Assembly (NCBI RefSeq): GCF_006345805.1
Contig: NC_043024.1
Coordinates: forward strand, 5,394,001 to 5,458,000
Direction of reading: 5' to 3'
Origin: Octopus sinensis
Lineage: Eukaryota
DNA: 64,000 bases
Shown here: positions 34,224 to 47,591 of the stretch, in pieces
Layout of the letters: each line of letters starts with the position of its first letter
How positions within the stretch are numbered: the stretch's first letter is position 1
Program-made: the position numbers and the translations under genes
Notes under the pieces: generated by a model
Seen by the model: the letters and a program-made list of their open reading frames with translations, nothing else
Told to the model about the DNA's origin: nothing
Databases searched by the model: none

Positions 34224-34226
<3 letters not shown>
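31205..34226 (-). mobile_element. RTE-clade LINE, 5'-truncated in the endonuclease
   Basis: (GAT)n tail at 31205-31227, about 500-bp 3' UTR, RT ORF, and frameshifted APE C-terminus (SQIDYIL...QHRLVVSDF) at 33909-34226. Confidence 0.92.
31729..33885 (-). CDS. RTE reverse transcriptase with an embedded PHD-like Cys/His finger (718 aa open)
   Basis: NYRGIKLL, QFGF, FVDMEKAFDRVP, GVHQGSVLSP, LYADD, then CSIC...CTQC...HKRC...CGRC, then FRYLG, GSETW, RRLRWYGHV and GRGRPRKTW. Confidence 0.9.
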   Translation of the reverse strand: MEDNWRFLRDNLLTDTDQICGWSKVPSQPRVTWWWNTVVDRAIRQKRQAWKDWKNGGSRELYQTARREARRQIYLARGEADKKKFANVLSREVERLEVFRVARQCVRENRDVVGEKCVRMDDGSLALNEDAKREVWKCHYERLLNKENEWDKESLPNVNPTEGPAIRVENSLVVRAIRSMKTGKAPGPSGITAEMLKISGSVGYNLVTRIVNQVIYEGVIPNDWCSSILVNCYKGKDDALDTNNYRGIKLLDQVMKVTERVIAQLIRERVSLDEMQFGFVPGKSTTDAIFLVRQLQEKYLAKDKPLYLAFVDMEKAFDRVPLSLIWWSMRKLGIDKWLVRAVQAMHRDAVSKVRVGNMYTEEFKVEVGVHQGSVLSPLLFIIVLQAITEEFKTGCPRELLYADDLALIAESLSELEEKFQVWKEGLESRGLRVNLAKTKVLISRKVDNPQMSSGRWPCSICRKGVGRNSIRCTQCKLWTHKRCSNVKGRLTGKIVFVCGRCSGALTSENLQKTTSVTFQGEKLEVVDGFRYLGDQVSSGGGCAESVTARIRITWAKFRELLPLLVTKGLSLRVKGRLYDACVRTAMLHGSETWAVTAEDMRKLARNEASMLRWMCNVSVHTRQSVSTLREMLYLRSISCGVQERRLRWYGHVARMDEDRCVRKCQSLTVEGTRGRGRPRKTWDEVVKHDLRNLGLTEEMTSDRDLWKYAVCEKTRQDK

Positions 34227-34275
<49 letters not shown>

Positions 34276-34973
34276 ATAATATATATATATACGTGCATAG
34301 AATGTATATATATCTATATATATATATAGATATATAAATATACAATATACATACATAATATATATATATACACACAATATATTGAAATAATTGTATATAC
34401 CACACACCACCACATATATAACACACAATATATTGTATGTGGTGCATGTTTATATATATATTATATATATATATTATATTACTATACATGCATATTATGT
34501 TTGTGTAATATATGTTTTATGATCTCAAATGCTCCAGCTAGGGCGTGGTTGAACAAATCTTACGAAATTGAACCATATTCATTATTGAATAATCTAATCT
34601 GTTTCTCCTCTAAATATTTAACTTTCTAAGTAAAGCGGCAACTATGAAAATGAGAGGGAGAGACTAAGAGTGAGAGGGCGGGGAGGGAGAGACTAAGAGT
34701 GAGAGGGCGGGGAGGGAGAGAGAGGCAGACAGACAGGCAGAGGGTGGGTGCAATAAAGCATAGAGAGATATAACAACGCAACAACTAAAAAATATCGGAC
34801 AATGATTTTAACAAATTAAAGAAAAGGCAGACACAGACATACATTTGGATGAATGTATATAATACTTATGGGACATGTATATACATGTATATATACATGT
34901 GTGTGTATATACATATATTTACATGTATATCTATATATATGTGTATGTATGTGTGTATATATATGTGTATATT

Positions 34974-35041
<68 letters not shown>

Positions 35042-35214
35042 TAGATAAATACGTAGATAGACACACAGACAGACAGATATATATACATATATATAGAAGG
35101 TGGGCCGCTCATATACACAGCAAAGTTAACATGGTCAGCAGAATGTGTTCCTGGTTTCTCAGAATTTTCCAGTCGAGAGATATCCTGATATCCTCACCAT
35201 TATCCTTCTCTTCT

Positions 35215-35735
35215 CCACTCTTTCCTGACCCCTCTTTCAATATAGTTGTCCACTGTGGTCTCCCCTCACAGAACAAATTCCCATGAAACTTGAAGCACCT
35301 CAAAGGTCCATTACAAAAATGACAGTCCTTGACCATTGGAGTCGACTAGAAAAGCTCAAGCTTTATTCTCTTCAATGTCGTCACGAGTGCTGTATCATCT
35401 GCATGATGTGTAAAATATTCCAGCAGCAGTTCCCGATTGATGCTGGCATCTCTTTTAAGATACACCCAAGACTTCAGCCCCATGCGATCCACCAACCACA
35501 TAAATCCCACTTGCATCTCAAAACAACAATTTGGCACAATTATTTCACATCAAGTGGCCCCACTCTCTTTAACATGATATCAAAACACATTAAAGCAGAA
35601 ACAGACCCCATAAAGTTCAAGAAGTCTCTGAAAAAATTCCTTCAAAAAATCCCGAACAAACTTCGTTCACCAAGATATGTCTCTGTAAACTATAACTCTC
35701 TACTTGGGTGGGATATGGTGTCCGAATTCTGATTT
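35215..35735 (+). mobile_element. 3' relic of a CR1-type LINE
   Basis: LEAPQRSITK...WSRLEKLKLYSLQCRHE...FKKSLKKFLQKIPNK...NYNSLL. Confidence 0.75.
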
Positions 35736-35879
35736 GACTAAAATCGCCTGGGGTATATATATATATATATATATATATACATACACACACATATACACAT
35801 ATACATACATATATACATGTACATACATATATACATATACACATATACATATATATGTATATATATATATATATACTTT

Positions 35880-35910
<31 letters not shown>

Positions 35911-35992
35911 GTCCCGGGTTGATTCGGGGTTAACCACAGTAAATAAGGTACTCAATACATAGCAGAGTAAAATTAATTTATTATATAGAAGG

Positions 35993-36043
35993 AGCTTCTA
36001 CAGGACTAGAACTGTTTCATTCAAGAGAAATCTTCAGGAAGCT
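35993..36043 (-). ncRNA. Candidate type I hammerhead ribozyme in the left inverted pLTR
   Basis: Minus strand reads AGCUUC-CUGAAGA-U UUC UCUU GAA U-GAAA-CAG UUCUAGUC CUG-UA/GAAGCU. Canonical core, 6-bp stem I, stem III with a CUAG palindromic loop, GUA cleavage between 35999 and 35998. Confidence 0.8.
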
Positions 36044-37091
36044 AGTTAACAAGAATTGTATTGGCATTTATACATTTAGGCAGGTTTAACGGGGTGTTGG
36101 TGGGGGACTTTTTGGGGGGTAGGCATAGCACAAAATATCATACTTGGGGGAGTGGTCAAGGAGTCAGTGTTAAATTAGATAGAAGAATAAATAAAAAAAA
36201 AAAATAAAAAATAAAAAAAAACCTATATAAAAAAAAACCTATATATAAAAAAAAGGGGGGATAGAGTTTTAGGTAAATAAGGAGATTCTCACTTATACCT
36301 ATGCACACATGTATACATACATACACACACATACAAACATATATACATATACATACACACATACATACACACACATATATATACACTTACACATACACAT
36401 GCATATACATATCTACACATACACATATATGTATACACACACACACTCACATGCATACACGTATACACACATGTATATATACACACACGACCTCACATAC
36501 ATATACGCACAGAAAAATATATATACACATACACACATACTCACATACACGCATACACACACATATCCACACACACACATGCACACACAGCACACTAGTC
36601 CCTATATACACATATATCACATACACACACATATATACACACACATACATACATATACATACATGTATACATATACATATGTGTACCTATGCAAACCTAC
36701 ACATACACACATATGTATACCATACTAATACAGACCCATTCCCTAATTTTAATTTTATTATCTTCGTTTATTACTTTGTGTTATCTTTGGCCGCTTGGTC
36801 ACAAACATCTTGGCTATGACAGCCAGTCCATTTATCTGTCTACTGGAAAACAAGCACTCATTCACTCACGCACACTCTTTAGCACGTACTCTCACTCATT
36901 CGTACACTCATACACATACACGCACGCACGCGTTATATTCATACATACATCCATCTACATACATTCACGTATATACACATACGTACGCGTACCTACAGAT
37001 TTATGTCTACACTCTTAGAAGGCTAGTCTATATATATACCACTATAATATAAACACACACATACATATACACCTACATACAAATACATACA

Positions 37092-37173
<82 letters not shown>

Positions 37174-37563
37174 CATATCATATTCACACATATAATACAT
37201 ACCATATACACACACACACATATATACACACACATACGCATACACACACATATACATATATATACACTACACGCACATACACATGTACATGCGTACCCAT
37301 ACACACACACACACACGCGCGCATCCATATATACACATAAGTACACACATGCGTAAAAGTATACATATATCTATGCTTACACATACACACACACTCACGC
37401 GCCTCCTTCTTATATCATACTTACATGCATACTCAAAAATAAGTAAATAGTAAAGTATATATACGCGCAGTTATTCGTACATGCATACTCAAAAATAAAT
37501 AATAAATTTAAGTATATGTACGTGCAGTTACCTATTATATAGACGGATACATACATATAACTT

Positions 37564-37656
<93 letters not shown>

Positions 37657-37911
37657 CTTATATATATACCATACACATACACATACATATATACATACAT
37701 ACATCTACATATATACACACACACACATACACATACGTATATACATATATATACATACTTACACACATGTACATATAAATACACACATAGATAACTCTAC
37801 TATACGTACCTACATATGCATAAACACACGAGCGTACGCGCATATGTACATATACACATACACATACACACGCATATATATACATACATACTTACACATA
37901 CACACATGTAT

Positions 37912-37942
<31 letters not shown>

Positions 37943-37957
37943 CATATACATACACAT

Positions 37958-38012
<55 letters not shown>

Positions 38013-38298
38013 CACATATATATATATATATATACACACACATACATACACATATATATACACACACACACACACATACATACACACATACATACACATA
38101 TACATACATATACACACACATATACACATATACATATACATATACACATACATACACACACATATATATATATACATGTGTGCAACATACATACATTCTC
38201 ATACAAGCAGACACACTTACATTTACATATATACACACACTTACACACATATATATACATACACATATACATACATACATACATACGTATATGCATAC

Positions 38299-38333
<35 letters not shown>

Positions 38334-38425
38334 CATACATACACATACACATACCCATACATATATATACACACATATACATATACACATGCACATACTT
38401 ATATCTCTACATACTCGCATATACA

Positions 38426-38460
<35 letters not shown>

Positions 38461-38686
38461 CTACATATACACACACATACATATACCCATATACATGTAT
38501 ATATACACACACACACATATATACACATCTACAATTTGTATCTACACTCACATACCTGCACATACACATAACTCTACATACCTACATATACATCGACATA
38601 CTCGCGTACACTCATATATATACACATATATACATATACACACACACATACATATACATATACATATACATACATATATATGCATA

Positions 38687-38780
<94 letters not shown>

Positions 38781-39230
38781 ATATACATACATACACATAT
38801 ACAACATACCTACAAGTCCATATACACATACACCCACATATATATACACACACATATACATATATCAACAATTGAGGGTAAAGTTAATTAGTTATTAATC
38901 AATTTCACCAAGTATTCAGTATGTAAAAGGACCATTATTTTTATGAGTAAACAATGTCTGAGGAAAAAATTCTCTAAGTAGTGGAAGAGGCTAAAAAACT
39001 TTTTTGGCTGCTATTTCTAGAAGTTCAGCATGCGGCAAAGCAATCCAATTCACTAAGCCCTAATTATATAATATTTTATACATACATACACATACATACA
39101 CACATACATATACACATACATATGCATACACACATGATACACATATACAAGCGTGCACATACAATATGTGAGAGGTCTTAGGAGAAAAGGTAATCAGGGG
39201 TGCTAGGGGAACGGTGGATTTGGGGGGGGG

Positions 39231-40658
39231 TCTCTGGAATAGGACCTCCGAGGCAATAACCTGGTTCCGGGATTTACCTGATAAAAGCAACACCCGATTC
39301 CTACAACTGGATATCGAGGATTACTACGCCTCCATATCGGAGAGCTTGCTGATCGACGCGATTAACTTCGCCAGGAGGTCTTCCACCATCACACCGAGGC
39401 CGAGCAAGATGTGATCCTCCACGCACGTAAGACTTTTCTTTTCTATGACGGATCCCACTGGATCAACAAAAAATCTGTGACCCCTTCGACGTCAGCATGG
39501 CGCTAACGACTCTGCGAAATAAGTGACCTAGTGGGCCTTTCATCCTCCATAGGCTGAAAACCCTATTCACAGGCCTCTCCGGTGGTCTTTACCGAGATGA
39601 CGGCCTTTTCGCCCTCCACAAAATAAACCCCAGGACCACGGATGGGTTCCGGAAGAATCTTTACACCTTCTTTAAAAACTTAGGCCTTAGGATTACCTTA
39701 GAATCCAACTTAACTAAAGCTAACTTCCTTGATGTCACCCTCGACTTAAAAACCTCACTTTATTACCCGTACCACAAACCGAATGAATCCCTTAAATATA
39801 TAGATATTAATTCCAACCACCCCAAAAATATATTAGATAACCTAGTAAAAAGTGTCTCAATTAGAATTTCTAGCCTGTCCGCCACGGAAGATATTTTTAA
39901 GGCCGCAGCCCCCTATTACAACGAGGCCCTGGCCCGCAGTGGCTTCAAAGATAAGATTACCTATACTAGTATAGCCCCACGCCAACCCAGGAAAAATAGA
40001 CGAAGACACATGAGGTCGCTACACCTGTAGCAAAAATCTTCTTCACTCTCCTACAGAAACACTTCCCCACCCAACATAAGTACTACACTATCCTAAATAA
40101 GAACCATTAGACTCTCCTACTCTACCACGCCCAATCTAGCCAGGACCTAGCCAACAACAATGTAAAAAAAACTTAACATATCTACTTTTTCCGAGGCCCA
40201 TCCAACGTCCGATAGCAATTTCAACTGCCCTGATAAAACCACCTGCCCCTCAACAACAACTGCCTACAGAGGGACCTAGTTATATACATGCGAGGTAAGA
40301 TCAGGCCCTGACGATAAAAGAAAATCCTACATAGGAATGACGTCAAACCTTTAAGACCCGTTGGTACCGCACACACCACTCGTTCCGGCGACAGGATAAT
40401 TCCAACCAAATTACCCTCGCCGCCCACATCTGGTACCTTAAAAGGAACTCCATTCCTTCAAGACCAAGTGGAAACTACTACAGAAGGCGCGCTCGTACAC
40501 AGGAGCCATACCTGCTGTGACCTCTGCATATCGGAGAGCCTAGAGATCTTGTTCGCCAAAGGCCCTCTCCTTAACAAAATCCCAGAACACTCCCCAATTG
40601 TATGCATAAGAAGTATGCGAACTACAAGAACTATAGACCTACCCGGCAACCAGATTAA
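39231..40658 (+). pseudogene. Naiad-type PLE RT + GIY-YIG, multiply frameshifted
   Basis: WNRTSEAITWF, QLDIEDYYASIS, GLYRDDGL (39585-39608), NFLDVTLDL, NCPDKTTCP, SYIGMTS, TLAAHIWYLK, CDLCISESLEI, LLNK...CMHKK, TAA 40656-40658. Confidence 0.85.
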
Positions 40659-41438
40659 TGACACCCCACCCCACCCCCCCCCCCCAACCCACCGTTCCCC
40701 TAGCACCCCCTGATACCTTTTCTCCTAAGACCTCACATATTGTATGTGCACGCTTGTATATGTGTATCATGTGTGTATGCATATGTATGTGTATATGTAT
40801 GTGTGTATGTATGTGTATGTATGTATAAAATATTATATAATTAGGGCTTAGTGAATTGGATTGCTTTGCCGCATGCTGAACTTTCTAGAAATAGCAGCCA
40901 AAAAAGTTTTTTAGCCTCTTCCACTACTTAGAGAATTTTTTCCCTCAGACATTGTTTACTCATAAAAATAATGGTCCTTTTACATACTGAATACTTGGTG
41001 AAATTGATTAATAACTAATTAACTTTACCCTCAATTGTTGGATATATGTATATGTGTGTGTATATATATGTGGTGTATGTGTATATGGACTTGTATGTAT
41101 ATATGTGTGTGTATGTATGTATGTATATATATATATATATATATAATATATATATTATGTGTGTGTGTGTGTGGTGTATATATATATATATATATGTAAT
41201 ATAATATATATATATGCATATATATGTATGTATATGTATATGTATATGTATGTGTGTGTGTATATGTATATATGTGTATATATATGAGTGTACGCGAGTA
41301 TGTCGATGTATATGTAGGTATGTAGAGTTATGTGTATGTGCAGGTATGTGAGTGTAGATACAAATTGTAGATGTGTATATATGTGTGTGTGTATATATAT
41401 ACATGTATATGGGTATATGTATGTGTGTGTATATGTAG

Positions 41439-41473
<35 letters not shown>

Positions 41474-42255
41474 TGTATATGCGAGTATGTAGAGATATAA
41501 GTATGTGCATGTGTATATGTATATGTGTGTATATATGTATGGGTATGTGTATGTGTATGTATGTATATATATATATATATATATGTATGTATTGTGGTAT
41601 GTATGCATATACGTATGTATGTTTGTATGTATATGTGTATGTATATATGTGTGTAAGTGTGTGTATATATGTAAATGTAAGTGTGTCTGCTTGTATGAGA
41701 TGTATGTATGTTTGCACACATGTATATATATATATTGTGTGTGTATGTGTATATGTATATGTATATGTGTATATGTGTGTGTATATGTATGTATATGTGT
41801 ATGTATGTGTGTATGTATGTGTGTGTGTGTGTGTATATATATGTGTATGTATGTGTGTGTATATATATATATATATATGTGTATATGTATATGTATTATA
41901 TATATAATAATATATATATATATATATATATGTGTATGTGTATGTATATTATATATATATATATATAATGTGTGTGGTGTGTATACATGTGTGTATTGTA
42001 AGTATGTATGTATATATATGCGTGTGTATGTGTATGTGTATATGTACATATGCGCGTACGCTCGTGTGTTTATGCATATGTAGGTACGTAGAGTTATCTA
42101 TGTGTGTATTTATATGTACATGTGTGTAAGTATGTATATATATGTATATACGTATGTGTATGTGTGTGTGTGTAATATGTAGATGTATATGTATGTATAT
42201 ATGTATGTGTATGTGTATGTGTATATATATAAGTATGTATATAAGTATATATATA

Positions 42256-42296
<41 letters not shown>

Positions 42297-43817
42297 CAAG
42301 TTTATATGTATGTATCCGTCTATATAATAGGTAACTGCACGTACATATACTTAATATTTATATTTATTTTTTGAGTATGCATGTACGAATAACTGCGCGT
42401 ATATATACTTTACTATTTACTTATTTTTTGAGTATGCATGTAAGTATGAATATAAGGAGGCGCGTGAGTGTGTGTGTATGTGTAAGCATAGATATATGTA
42501 TACTTTTACGCATGTGTGTACTTATGTGTATATATGGATGCGCGCGCGCGTGTGTGTGTGTATGGGTACGCATGTACATGTGTATGTGCGTGTAGTGTAT
42601 ATATATGTATATGTGTGTGTATGCGTATGTGTGTGTATATATGTGTGTGTGTATATATATGTATGTATATATATGTGTGAATATGTATATGTATATATAT
42701 ATATATGTATATAATATTATATATATATAATATATATATATTATATATATATATATATATATGCATGTATGTATTTGTATGTAGGTGTATGTATGTGTGT
42801 GTATTTATATTTATAGGTGTATATATATAGACTAGCCTTCTAAGAGTGTAGACGACATAATCTGTAGGTACGCGTACGTATGTGTATATACGTGAATGTA
42901 TGTAGATGGATGTATGTATGAATATACGCGTGCGTGCGTGTATGGTATGAGTGTACGAATGAGTGAGAGTACGTGCTAAAGAGTGTGCGTGAGTGAATGA
43001 GTGCTTGTTTTCCAGTAGACAGATAAATGGACTGGCTGTCATAGCCAAGATGTTTGTGACCAAGCGGCCAAAGATAACAAAAGTAATAAACGAAGATAAT
43101 AAAATTAAAATTAGGGAATGGGTCTGTATTAGTATGTGTATACATATGTGTGTATGTGTAGGTTTGCATAGGTACACATATGTATATGTATACATGTATG
43201 TATATGTATGTATGTGTGTGTATATATGTGTGTGTATGTGTATATATGTGTATATAGGGACTAGTGTGCTGTGTGTGCATGTGTGTGTGTGGATATGTGT
43301 GTGTATGCGTGTATGTGAGTATGTGTGTGTATGTGTATATATATTTTTCTGTGCGTATATGTATGTGAGGTCGTGTGTGTATATATACATGTGTGTATAC
43401 GTGTATGCATGTGAGTGTGTGTGTGTATACATATATGTGTATGTGTAATATGTATATGCATGTGTATGTGTAAGTGTTATATATATGTGTGTGTATGTAT
43501 GTGTGTATGTATATGTATATATGTTTGTATGTGTGTGTATGTATGTATACATGTGTGCATAGGTATAAGTGAGAATCTCCTTATTTACCTAAACTCTATC
43601 CCCCCCCCTTTTTTTATATATAGGTTTTTTTTTATATAGTTTTTTTTTATTTTTTATTTTTTTTTTTTATTTATTCTTCTATCTAATTTAAACTGACTCC
43701 TTGACCACTCCCCCAAGTATGATATTTTGTGCTATGCCTACCCCCAAAAAAGTCCCCCACCAACACCCCGTTAAACCTGCCTAAATGTATAAATGCCAAT
43801 ACAATTCTTGTTAACTA

Positions 43818-43864
43818 GCTTCCTGAATTTCTCTTGATGAAACAGTTCTAGTCCTGTAGAAGCT
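43818..43864 (+). ncRNA. Hammerhead copy in the right pLTR, core damaged as written
   Basis: Same stems as 35993-36043, but CUGAA[GA] lacks 2 nt and one A is missing in stem II. Confidence 0.5.
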
Positions 43865-43875
43865 CCTTCTATATA

Positions 43876-43921
<46 letters not shown>

Positions 43922-43932
43922 GTGTGTGTGGG

Positions 43933-44230
43933 GGCGCAATGGCCCAGTGGTTAGGGCAGCAGACTCACGGTTGTAGGATCGCGGTTTTGATTCCCAGACC
44001 GGGCGTTGTGAGTGTTTATTGAGTGAAAACACCTAAAGCTCCACGAGGCTCCGGCAGGGGGTGGTGGCGAACCCTGCCGTACTCTTTAGCCACAACTTCC
44101 TCTCACTCTTTCTTCTGTTGGCCTGCTTGCTTAGCCAGCGGGGTGGCGTTATTTGAAGGCTAAAACAATGCGAAGCGCATTGTGACCAGCGATGTGTAGC
44201 AACATCTGGTAGTCTGGTTGGTCACGGTGA
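43933..44230 (+). mobile_element. tRNA-derived SINE, family C
   Basis: GGCGCAATGGCCCAGTGGTTAGG A box, GGTTTTGATTCCC B-box-like, tail GCATTGTGACCAGCGATGTG...GGTCACGGTGA. A 3' fragment of the same family lies at about 56010-56120 (minus). Confidence 0.8.
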
Positions 44231-44326
44231 TATATATATCATATACACACACATACATAATATATATATATATATATACATATTTTATATATACATATAC
44301 ATATACATACATATAAATATATTATC

Positions 44327-44374
<48 letters not shown>

Positions 44375-44381
44375 ATATGTA

Positions 44382-44545
44382 GGCGCGGGCATGGCTGTGA
44401 GGTTAGGGAGCTTGCTTCCTAGCTACATGGTTTCAGGTTCAGTCCCACTGCATGGCACTTTGGGTAGGTATCTTCCACTATAGCCCCGAGCCGACCGGAG
44501 CTTTGTGATTGAATTCGGTAGGTGGAAGTTACAGTCGTGTGTGTA
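44382..44545 (+). mobile_element. Family A SINE, 5' half, diverged
   Basis: GGCGCGGGCATGGCTGTGAGGTTAGG...GGTTCAGTCCCACTGCATGGCACTTTGGG. Confidence 0.75.
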
Positions 44546-44776
44546 GGTGCTTGTGCCTCTCCGAAAGAGAGAGAGAGAGGGAATATATTTATATATACAA
44601 ACTATACTACTCAAAACACCATACCTTACCACTGCTTCCCCCAAAGAAGGTGTCTATATGTGTTTAAAATGATGAAGTATGTATGTATACATCCATAATA
44701 TGTGCATGTATGTGTATATGTGTGCCTCTGTGTGTGTGTGTGAAAGACACCTCAATTTATGGGGGGTGTTTTGCTT

Positions 44777-46048
44777 GCGCATGGGATCATAGTGCCCTCA
44801 CATTGGCACTTGATAGCTTTTCCTGGCTTGTCTCTGGATCATGTCAACAGGGTGCAAAGGATCAGTGAGGGGTCAGCCAAGCCTTATTGGATTTAAAATT
44901 CTAGGTTGTGCAATCGCTAGGTAAGAGTCATTTACGATGCTTGGTCAATTAGGAGGGCCTGCGGCATGCATGAAGGCCACAGCCGCGAATCTGAATAAAG
45001 CTGACCATGAACACAATACTACTTAGAACTGTCCTTGCAGACATTTCGCATGGTAGATGGTCAGTGATGACCTTTTTACTCATGAGTGGATAGCCATCAT
45101 CATCATCACCATATATACATAAATACATATATTCATACACGAAGAATTCATGTTTACATATACATAACTACAAACAATCATACATACACGTATAAATCCA
45201 ACATAGGTATACACACACACACACACACGTGTGTGTGTGCAACATAAACAACAACATACTTAAATACAAATACAACTGTACACATACACCCACATACATT
45301 CATACGCACATATTTATATCCATATATATGTACATATACATAGCTATTTCTTACACAATGAAACATTCATTTAAATGCTGACTCACTATTTCTTTTCTTT
45401 AACAATTCTAAAGAAATTCTAAAATATATCAATTTATTGTCATTAAATTTCTTATCGCTATTCAAATCTTAGGTCAACCTTTTTCGTCAATTTAGAAACA
45501 CGCATGTATGAATGTATGTGGGTGTATGTATTTAGAAAGAATAGGTAAGACCGAAATATGTATACACTCACACCTATCCATCAATTCATCTATCTGTCTA
45601 TACATACATGCATATACTCATATATACATATATATATAAATTGAATGTATAAACATATAAGTATATAATTAGGGGATATGTTAACCTTGTGAAGGGATGG
45701 TTGCATTCAAGGTAACACTGGTTGAATACCTAGTATTTTGGGGCAATGAAATACCCTTAAAACAATAGATATATATCAAGAATATAGTTTATATCTATTT
45801 CAAAAAGGAAAAGAAAATGGAGATAAGGAAGTTGATAATTGTTTATTGCTTACAAAGTGGTCATCTTCGCTGCTTACAATCGTTTCAATAAATTAATTAC
45901 AAATTTGTACATTAATATTACATTTATGCGACATGAGTATAATTTCATCAGAGAAAAAAAGCTGCTCCTTTTGATGTTATATATGGACACGTCTTCTTTT
46001 TTCCTTTTAAATGGATATAAACTGTGTGTGTGTGTGTAATTATATATC

Positions 46049-46084
<36 letters not shown>

Positions 46085-47019
46085 ACATATTATGTATATA
46101 TATGTGCGTGTGTATGTATATGTATATATCCGTACATGTCTCTCATTGGACACTAAACTTCACTTGCGAGGACCTGTTGAGGCAAGTGAAATCAAATTCG
46201 TTGAGATGACCGATGATAGCACCGCCTGACTGGCTACCACGCCAGTGGAATACTAAAAGCACCATCCGAGCATGAACGTTGCCAGTACCGCTGTACTGGC
46301 TCCTGTTCAGGTGGCACGTAAAAAACACCATTTGAGTGTGGTTATTGGCAGTACCACATGACTGGCCTCCGTGCTGGTGGCACATAAAAGCACCCATTAC
46401 TCTCTTGGAGTGGTAGGTGTTAGGAGGGCATCCAGCGGTAGAAACCCTAACTGATCAGATAGGAGCCTGGTGCAGCCTTCTGGCCAGGATCTTCCAGATA
46501 TATATTACTGCATACCTCTCCCGTCTTCTCTCCAGGGAGTAGAGTCTTAACTGTTTCAACCTTTCCCAATAGCTGAGGTGTTACAAAGAGACGAACTTCT
46601 TTGTGAATCTTCTCTGGATTGCTTCAAGGTTCGCTGTTAATATCACACTGGTGGGTGACCATAGCTGTGAGCAGTAATCCAGGTGGCTGAGGATGATTGT
46701 CCGCCAGTGGACCATCATGGTTTCCTTATCTCTGGTTCGGAATGTTCTTAGGATCCATCCAGCCAGTCGTCTGCACTTTGTCGCCATCCTGGTAATTTGC
46801 ACTTGGAAAGAGGTATCATCACTCATGTTTATACCCAGGTCCCTCACTGACTTAGGCTGTGGGACTGAAATTCCCTGTGGACCAGTGTACCCTGTAAGTT
46901 AGGTTTTGATGCTGGTGGCGCAGGGCTTGGAATTTTTTGGCATTAAACTGCATATTATTATGCTCAGCCAATCTGTAAATGGAGTCCAACTCCTGCTGCT
47001 TATACATATACCTATAGAC
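44777..47019 (+). repeat. Dispersed direct duplication, copy B (lacks the RTE insertion)
   Basis: Colinear with 29036-31203. Continues into TGCATAGAATGTATATATATC (about 47037), which in copy A resumes at about 34294 after the LINE. Confidence 0.9.
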
Positions 47020-47080
47020 CTATATATATATATACATGCATAGAATGTATATATATCTATCTATCTATATATTTATATAT

Positions 47081-47121
<41 letters not shown>

Positions 47122-47270
47122 TATATATATATATACATATACATACATAATATAATATATACACACAATATATATATATGTATATATAGAATGTATACAC
47201 AATCTATCTATCTATCTCTCTATCTATCTATCTATCTGTCTGTCTGTGTATCTATCTATCTATCTATATC

Positions 47271-47325
<55 letters not shown>

Positions 47326-47364
47326 TATAATATATATATATAATATATATATATATATAATAAT

Positions 47365-47591
47365 TTATTTCTTTATTGCCCCAGAGGGCTAAACATAGAG
47401 GGGACAAACAAGGACAGACAAATGGATAAAGTCGATCTGTCGACACTCAGTACGTAACTGGTACTTATTTAATCGACCCCGAAAGGATGAAAGGCAAAGT
47501 CGACCTCGGCGGAATTTGAACTCAGAACAGACAGACAGAATACCGCTAGACATTTCACCTGGCGTCCTAGCGTTTCTGCCTGCTCGCCGCC
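47365..47591 (-). mobile_element. tRNA-derived SINE, family B
   Basis: Reverse complement reads GGCGGCGAGC...GAGTTCAAATTCCGCCGAGGTCGACTTTGCCTTTCATCCTTTCGGGGTCGAT...CAATAAAGAAATAAA. Confidence 0.85.

Larger units (their letters stand above)
35907..43880 (+). mobile_element. Naiad-like PLE: 5'-truncated RT-EN core flanked by 3.2-kb inverted pLTRs
   Basis: 35977-39230 is the reverse complement of 40674-43880. The unique core 39231-40658 encodes PLE RT and GIY-YIG pieces. Both outer ends abut (TA)n. Confidence 0.85.

Noticed and set aside
35617-43639. Dozens of long His/Thr/Tyr/Ile- or Cys/Val/Met-rich ORFs (also 25775-26604 and 58811-59436)
   Set aside because: They are translations of CA/TA/GT microsatellites that lack stop codons in some frames, with no domain content.
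43933-44010. tRNA gene
   Set aside because: A and B boxes are present, but they continue into a repeated SINE body and no complete cloverleaf was evident. The same applies to all other tRNA-like heads here.
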